Shown here: in pieces, positions 57,822-64,000 of the stretch
How the letters are laid out: each line of letters begins with the position of its first letter
Numbering within the stretch: position 1 is the stretch's first letter
From: Macrostomum lignano
Taxonomy: Eukaryota
Assembly: GCA_002269645.1 (NCBI GenBank)
Contig: NIVC01002446.1
Coordinates: forward strand, 1 to 64,000
Direction: 5' to 3'
DNA length: 64,000 bases
The notes under the pieces: model-generated
The model's input: only the letters and a program-made list of their open reading frames with translations
Told to the model about the DNA's origin: nothing
Databases searched by the model: none
Position numbers and translations under genes: made by a program

Positions 57822-59171
57822 TTAGTGCGCATCGAAGTACAAGTCACCACCTGAATAGTAACAACCTCTGTCGGTTGCGATGCTGCGATGCAACTCGTTG
57901 ACTCCCTCGAAGCCAGTGCGAGCTTCTTCGGTATTTTCTATTATCCGCTCGAGAAAACATCTTAGCAAATTATCGCAGACAACAACCGGCTCTTCCCTAG
58001 TGATCATTTGACATACGAGTTTTCGTATTTTCGACCAAATCCATTTAAAAGGGTTGGTAAAGCCTTCATCGTTTGTATAATCCCGAAGTTTGATTTTTCC
58101 GACTGCTTCGATCGTTTTCTCTATATTTTCCCGCAAAGCATTGACTTCGCAGCACAATTCACATCTCTGTTTCTTGAGCAGTTCGAGTTTATCTTTTAAT
58201 TTTCTTTGAATCTCAGGCGTTGGAGCTTTCTGGAATTCTTTCATCAGATTGCAGACCTCTTGATTGTATTTTCCAACGGTGACAGATACTGAACCCAGTT
58301 GTTTAATAGAACTTGTTACTCTTTCGGAATGGATTTTCAAGCTTGGAAATGATTTTAGCCATTCGCTCGCGTGATTCCATTCTTCGGTTAGTTTTTGGTA
58401 TTGCAATTGCTGATGACTGCTCTGTATAATTGATAAATTTCTTACAGTTTTTATTGTCTGCGGCGTTTGGATGCTGCTGTCACCAGCACATCCTGTAGTG
58501 CACTGTGTCGTTCCGCAGCCCCATCCAGTCGCCGCGTCAAACATAAATGTCGACTGGATCAAATCAGCCACATCTTTGCTCTCAAAGTCGCACAAGCGAG
58601 CCTCTTCAGTCAACTTCGGTAGATCCGCCAGACAGCTGTTAAACTGATCTACGGATGACATAACCTTGAGTGCGGCATCCTTCCAAAGTATAGCATGCGT
58701 GTCTATGCCGAAATTAAAAAAGTTAAGCCACGTGTCAAGAAACTGAAGCAGCTCGTCGCCCGCTTCCTTTGCGTTAAGAAAAGTTTCTGTAAGTTTCTTT
58801 CTGTTTGTGTCTTCTAGAAGCCAGATACAAATCTTCAGCTGACTGTTCAGTAGCTCGGCCAGCACTGTCTCGTTGGGGCAGCCGCTTTTCAGTTGTAAAT
58901 TGATTTGTTCGAACTGCTCCAGTTTGTCATAAATATTTTTGGCAGTTTCCACGACTTCGACCAGTCGATTTTTGAACATTACAAATTGATGCTTGGTGGA
59001 AATGTTGGTATTATTATTAAAATCCTGGATCAGCTCATCCATTGAAAGCGATACGAGAGGCTTCAGGCACTCGACCAGGCGGAATCTCACCTCATCGAGC
59101 CGAATAATAACGCTTGCTGTCGGCCTGGTGGCCTTAGAAACGACCGACGGCTTCGATTGCGAGCTTCCCAT
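57822..59171 (-). CDS. Intronless 449-aa helical protein of unknown function (paralog B), MGSSQS start
   Basis: Uninterrupted ORF sharing blocks with paralog A: LDEVRFRLVECLKP/LTEVRPSLCEILRP and LLNSQLKICIWLLE/LLCSQLEICIWLLE. Confidence 0.84.
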   Translation of the reverse strand: MGSSQSKPSVVSKATRPTASVIIRLDEVRFRLVECLKPLVSLSMDELIQDFNNNTNISTKHQFVMFKNRLVEVVETAKNIYDKLEQFEQINLQLKSGCPNETVLAELLNSQLKICIWLLEDTNRKKLTETFLNAKEAGDELLQFLDTWLNFFNFGIDTHAILWKDAALKVMSSVDQFNSCLADLPKLTEEARLCDFESKDVADLIQSTFMFDAATGWGCGTTQCTTGCAGDSSIQTPQTIKTVRNLSIIQSSHQQLQYQKLTEEWNHASEWLKSFPSLKIHSERVTSSIKQLGSVSVTVGKYNQEVCNLMKEFQKAPTPEIQRKLKDKLELLKKQRCELCCEVNALRENIEKTIEAVGKIKLRDYTNDEGFTNPFKWIWSKIRKLVCQMITREEPVVVCDNLLRCFLERIIENTEEARTGFEGVNELHRSIATDRGCYYSGGDLYFDAH

Positions 59172-59714
59172 GACTTATTGTAGTTTCCTTAACTAATTGT
59201 ATATTTTATTTGATACGCTATATCAGTCTGTTTGGTTTGCAATGCCCAGACATTAAGTATAGAGCTAGTTCCTTGTTCTTTCAGACTGGTATTATAAGTC
59301 AGTGTTCACTGCCAGTGCCAGACAACACTGAACAGACAAAGACCAAGGAAATTGAAATCGTCATCCCTGGCGGAGGGAGTAGGAATAAGACTTCACTATA
59401 GCTTAAGACCATGAGGAAAAACTTGTTTAGAAATGTACACTGTACTTGCCTAACACGGAACAATACGCTTTACGATGGTCAAATTCTTTTACGGTCCCAT
59501 ATTACTACTATTATTCGAGTACAGTAGTACGCGCATAGATGTACTGACCAATGGGCAATGGCCATTCCATATAGCAGTACAGAGTAAGTTCCCCCTAGGA
59601 TTCGACAATATGTACGTCTGAAGCAGATAGAGTCGAAGCGATTTCGCTAGTGGCTGCAATTTCTCGTTCTTAGAGACAGAATGCATTTAACTGCGCGGTC
59701 TGTCTCGAAATTCT

Positions 59715-60875
59715 GTCTGTCTGCCTGTCTTACTAGTCTGTCTTCGTGATGCTGTCTGCCTGTCTTACTAGTCTGTCTTCATGATACTGTCTGCCTGTCT
59801 TTACTAGTCTGTCTTCGTGATGCTGTCTGCCTGTCTTTACTAGTCTGTCTTCGTGATGCTGTCTGCCTGTCTTACTAGTCTGTCTTCGTGATGCTGTCTG
59901 CCTGTCTTATTAGTCTGTCTTCGTGATGCTGTCTGCCTGTTTTACTAGTCTGTCTTCGTGATGCTGTCTGCCTGTCTTATTAGTCTGTCTTCGTGATGCT
60001 GTCTGCCTGTCTTATTAGTCTGTCTTCGTGATGCTGTCTGCCTGTCTTACTAGTCTGTCTTCATGATGCTGTCTGCCTGTCTTACTAGTCTGTCTTCATA
60101 ATGCTGTCTGCCTGTCTTTACTAGTCTGTCTTCATAATGCTGTCTGCCTGTCGTACTAGTCTGTCTTCATGATGCTGTCTGCCTGTCTTTACTAGTCTGT
60201 CTTCATAATGCTGTCTGCCTGTCGTACTAGTCGTCTTCATGATGCTGTCTGCCTGTCTTACTAGTCTGTCTTCATAATGCTGTCTGCCTGTCTTACTAGT
60301 CTGTCTTCATAATGCTGTCTGCCTGTCTTACTAGTCTGTCTTCATAATGCTGTCTGCCTGTCTTACTAGTCTGTCTTCATAATGCTGTCTGCCTGTCTTA
60401 CTAGTCTGTCTTCATGATGCTGTCTGCCTGTCTTTACTAGTCTGTCTTCATAATGCTGTCTGCCTGTCTTTACTAGTCTGTCTTCGTGATGCTGTCTGCC
60501 TGTCGTACTAGTCTGTCTTCATGATGCTGTCTGCCTGTCTTACTAGTCTGTCTTCATAATGCTGTCTGCCTGTCTTACTAGTCTGTCTTCATAATGCTGT
60601 CTGCCTGTCTTACTAGTCTGTCTTCATAATGCTGTCTGCCTGTCTTACTAGTCTGTCTTCATAATGCTGTCTGCCTGTCTTACTAGTCTGTCTTCATGAT
60701 GCTGTCTGCCTGTCTTTACTAGTCTGTCTTCATAATGCTGTCTGCCTGTCTTTACTAGTCTGTCTTCATGATGCTGTCTGCCTGTCTTACTAGTCTGTCT
60801 TCATGATGCTGTCTGCCTGTCTTACTAGTCTGTCTTCATGATGCTGTCTGCCTGTCTTACTAGTCTGTCTTCATG
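59715..60875. repeat. 35-bp minisatellite, ~32 copies
   Basis: GCTGTCTGCCTGTCTTACTAGTCTGTCTTCATGAT unit. Confidence 0.96.
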
Positions 60876-60879
60876 ATAC

Positions 60880-61665
60880 GAGAGGTATGAGAGAAGAGAT
60901 GAGTGGGAGAGAGATATGAGTGGGAGAGAGATATGAGAGGAGAGAGGAGTGGGAGAGAGATATGAGAGGAGAGAGGAGTGGGAGAGAGATATGAGAGAGG
61001 AGAGGAGTGGTAGAGAGATATGAGAGGGGAGAAGAGTGGGAGAGATATGAGAGGGGAGAGGAGTGGGAGAGATATGAGAGGGGAGAGGAGTGGGAGAGAT
61101 ATGAGAGAGGAGAGGAGTGGAAGAGAGATATGAGAGGGGAGAGGAGTGGGAGAGATATGAGAGGGGAGAGGAGTGGGAGAGATATGAGAGGGGAGAGGAG
61201 TGGGAGAGATATGAGAAGGGAGAGGAGTGGGAGAGATATGAGAGGGGAGAGGAGTGGAAGAGAGATATGAGAGGGGAGAGGAGTGGGAGAGATATGAGAG
61301 GGGAGAGGAGTGGGAGAGATATGAGAGGGGAGAGGAGTGGGAGAGATATGAGAGGGGAGAAGAGTGGGAGAGATATGAGAGGGGAGAGGAGTGGAAGAGA
61401 GATATGAGAGGGGAGAGGAGTGGGAGAGATATGAGAGGGGAGAGGAGTGGGAGAGATATGAGAGGGGAGAGGAGTGGGAGAGATATGAGAAGGGAGAGGA
61501 GTGGGAGAGATATGAGAGGGGAGAGGAGTGGGAGAGATATGAGAGGGGAGAGGAGTGGAAGAGAGATATGAGAGGGGAGAGGAGTGGGAGAGATATGAGA
61601 AGGGAGAGGAGTGGGAGAGATATGAGAGGGGAGAGGAGTGGGAGAGAGATATGAGAGGGAGATGA
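60880..61665. repeat. 27-bp purine-rich minisatellite (29-bp variants)
   Basis: ATGAGAGGGGAGAGGAGTGGGAGAGAT unit. Confidence 0.96.
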
Positions 61666-63039
61666 TATATCAAGAGACCGCATCACTAGCTAGATATTAA
61701 TCAGCTTCTATCACTAGTGTCCCTATAGCAAAGTGAGAACAAAAACTTTTACAAAGACAGCGCAATAGTTACTGATTAGTTTTATTGTACCGAATCATAC
61801 GAGCGTAATGGTTCTCATCACAATGGTTCTCTGAGCTAAGTGTGTCAAAAATGTCAACCATCTGACCTCTTACTACGCTCGTAACTCGGCAGCTTATTAA
61901 TATCAAAGAAAAGGTCTTGATTAATATCAAAAAAGATTGATAGCTCTTGCAAAACAAATTTTTATCGAAGAAGCTGCAGCTAAAGTAAAATAATAGCGTG
62001 GGAGCATGATGTAGTTATTTTTGAGCATTTGTTTTAATCAGACAGAAAATACATACAGTAAAATTTTTATTTCAACGCATTTCAACAATAACAATCGAAA
62101 ACAAGTTTTCGCATTATTAAAAAACCTTGCTTTTTTATTTGAAAAAGTACGAAATACATTATAAAGGTAACTTATATTTCTTATAGTACTATAGCGAATG
62201 AAGTCTTTATTAATTATTTCTGCACTAAGGCGGAAGGCCTTTTAATTTCAATAGATGGTGTGGCAGCCACAGCACTTAAATAATCGGTAAGATTCCCAGC
62301 CAATTATTTATTCTCATCTTTACATACGACCATCTCCCAGTTGCAGTCAACCCCTTCACAGTGTTCTGAAAAATCATCTGACAAAACTTGCTCGCCCTTG
62401 CTGTGTGATCACTCACTCACTCCATCACTCCATTTCTTCATTTTCGCTCGCCCACCCGTTTTGCTTGCTACTGTTTGACCCTTAGTCTACCTGACTCCCC
62501 TGAGTGATGTCACATCCTACCTAAATTGACTCGTCCCCATCCACTTCTTTATTTTTGCACACGATCTCCACGTGATTATCTAAAAAGCACTATTTTTAGC
62601 AACGGTACAGTGACGTCAGAACTCCTGATGGCCAGAGTGAGACTGCCATGGCCATAGCCTTGGAGAGCATCACGTGATTAACCTTGTTTGACATTATTTT
62701 GCAAGGCCAGTCGAGAGGAAGCAAAAATTTGTGGAAATCTGTTGACCCTTGAGCGCTTGTATAGGTGCGTTCTCAAGCTCATACCGCTTGCAGAATTTAA
62801 CTGGGACTTTTGGCCTCCATTGGACGAGAAAGAGTCGAACACTACAGAGATCATCACTCTAAAAAACGTAATTCCGTAATTATTTACGCTTGTAGGTGGC
62901 ACTACTATTAGTAGCGCACTATCAAATAAAAGCAGAGTCAATCACCCCAAGGGATTTTATAGTGACTTTCTGAACCTTTGAAGCAAATCGTATTTGATAA
63001 GCATAATAGGTATTGGCTGAATACAATTAGCAGTGTGAT

Positions 63040-63399
63040 GTTTAACTACGTTTAACTACTGAAGTACTTGACTTCAGCTGCAGGGGCTCCGGGCATCCGG
63101 ATACAGCGAGGAGACGTCGCCGCTCATTCTGCTGACCTCTGGCGACCACGGGCAGCTGGTGCTGCGGTGCCGCACAAGGAGATCCGGTGATGCCGGTGTC
63201 CGCAGCGCGGTCCCCCTCCGCCCGGTAGCAGGTAGCGGACGAGCTGGCAGAAATTCTCAGGCCTGAAAACGTCCGAAAAGTCCCGGTTTGGGCCGAGGTA
63301 CATGTAGGGTGAGCCTGTCCTGAGTAAGGGTGGGCCATTCAGATGCTTAGCAAAAACTTCATGGCCCGAGAGTGCCATGGTCACCGCCCTGATGTCCAT
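63040..63399 (-). other. Short coding-like segment of unknown family, homologous to 1290-1590
   Basis: [22 protein letters not shown]...[23 protein letters not shown]; a frameshift relative to the other copy before LRTPA. Confidence 0.45.
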
Positions 63400-64000
63400 T
63401 CGGTTGAGTCGAAGTTGGCTGGCTCAACCATACATTATATTGTAATTTGTTGACTCTTGATGGGAACAATGTCGTATTTTTTTAACAACACTTGACAAAT
63501 ATATAAGAGTACGTACATGTAGATTCAAAGTAACAAAAGCAGATCTTCTCTGATTTATAGATAGTTATGCAAAGTTTATTTTTCGTGTTTGTAATAATAT
63601 TAGTCAGAATAAGTTTGCGTTTATTGCGTATTAATGGTTATGACAAATAGCAGAGCGATCCCAGACAAGACAGGCGCGCGATAATGAGCGGAAGAAGTCA
63701 ACTACATCTGCCGTGTCAGTCCGGAAGCTGGGCTGGGATCTGCATCGGGTACTCCCGGAAGTGCAACAATTTGCTTCTGTGAATTTTTTGTAGCTGACTG
63801 AATTGCTCGGTAGTTAATCATCGTTAGATTAGACATTGAAAAAGTCAACTCTTCAACTGAAATGTGATCCGCACTGGCTTTGCAGAATGGCTCGACCGAT
63901 TTCCCCAGAAAAAATCGGACAATTTCCAGCCATTTTTTAGCAAAACTTCAACCGAGAATATACGAGCGTAGTTATAAATATTAAAAAGGATAAGAACCGA

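Noticed and set aside
60825-61686. Long Ser/Pro/Leu and Glu/Arg repeat ORFs
   Set aside because: Translations of the 27-bp purine-rich minisatellite.

Overview
Eukaryotic (animal) genomic DNA. GC-rich exons separated by introns packed with unrelated minisatellites resemble the flatworm Macrostomum lignano; this species assignment is inferred from style only. Left to right: (1) 1-1157 (-): an internally deleted, frameshifted Ty3/Gypsy LTR retrotransposon. (2) 3760-27402 (+): a 14-exon gene for a type I membrane protein (signal peptide, about five Cys-rich EGF/EB-like modules, ZP domain, furin-like site, TM helix, tail ending -SQV), about 866 aa, with one phase inconsistency. A tRNA-derived SINE lies in one intron. 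(3) 29724-33410 (-): a 4-exon histidyl-tRNA synthetase with an in-frame, acid-free, UUG-startable upstream extension. (4) 34293-34505 (-): intronless RPL38, just upstream on the same strand. (5) 34600-53200: an AT-rich transposon nest. Two hAT-type elements with 8-bp TSDs are each invaded by the same Helitron-like family (a single copy, and a head-to-tail dimer) whose copies carry different satellite arrays; several MITEs are also present. (6) 54456-59171 (-): two tandem, intronless, diverged paralogs for roughly 450-aa helical proteins starting MG (myristoylation-like), family not recognised. (7) Terminal satellites and dispersed repeats. Most long ORFs in the supplied track are satellite artefacts. 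No CRISPR, rRNA or bona fide tRNA gene was found.
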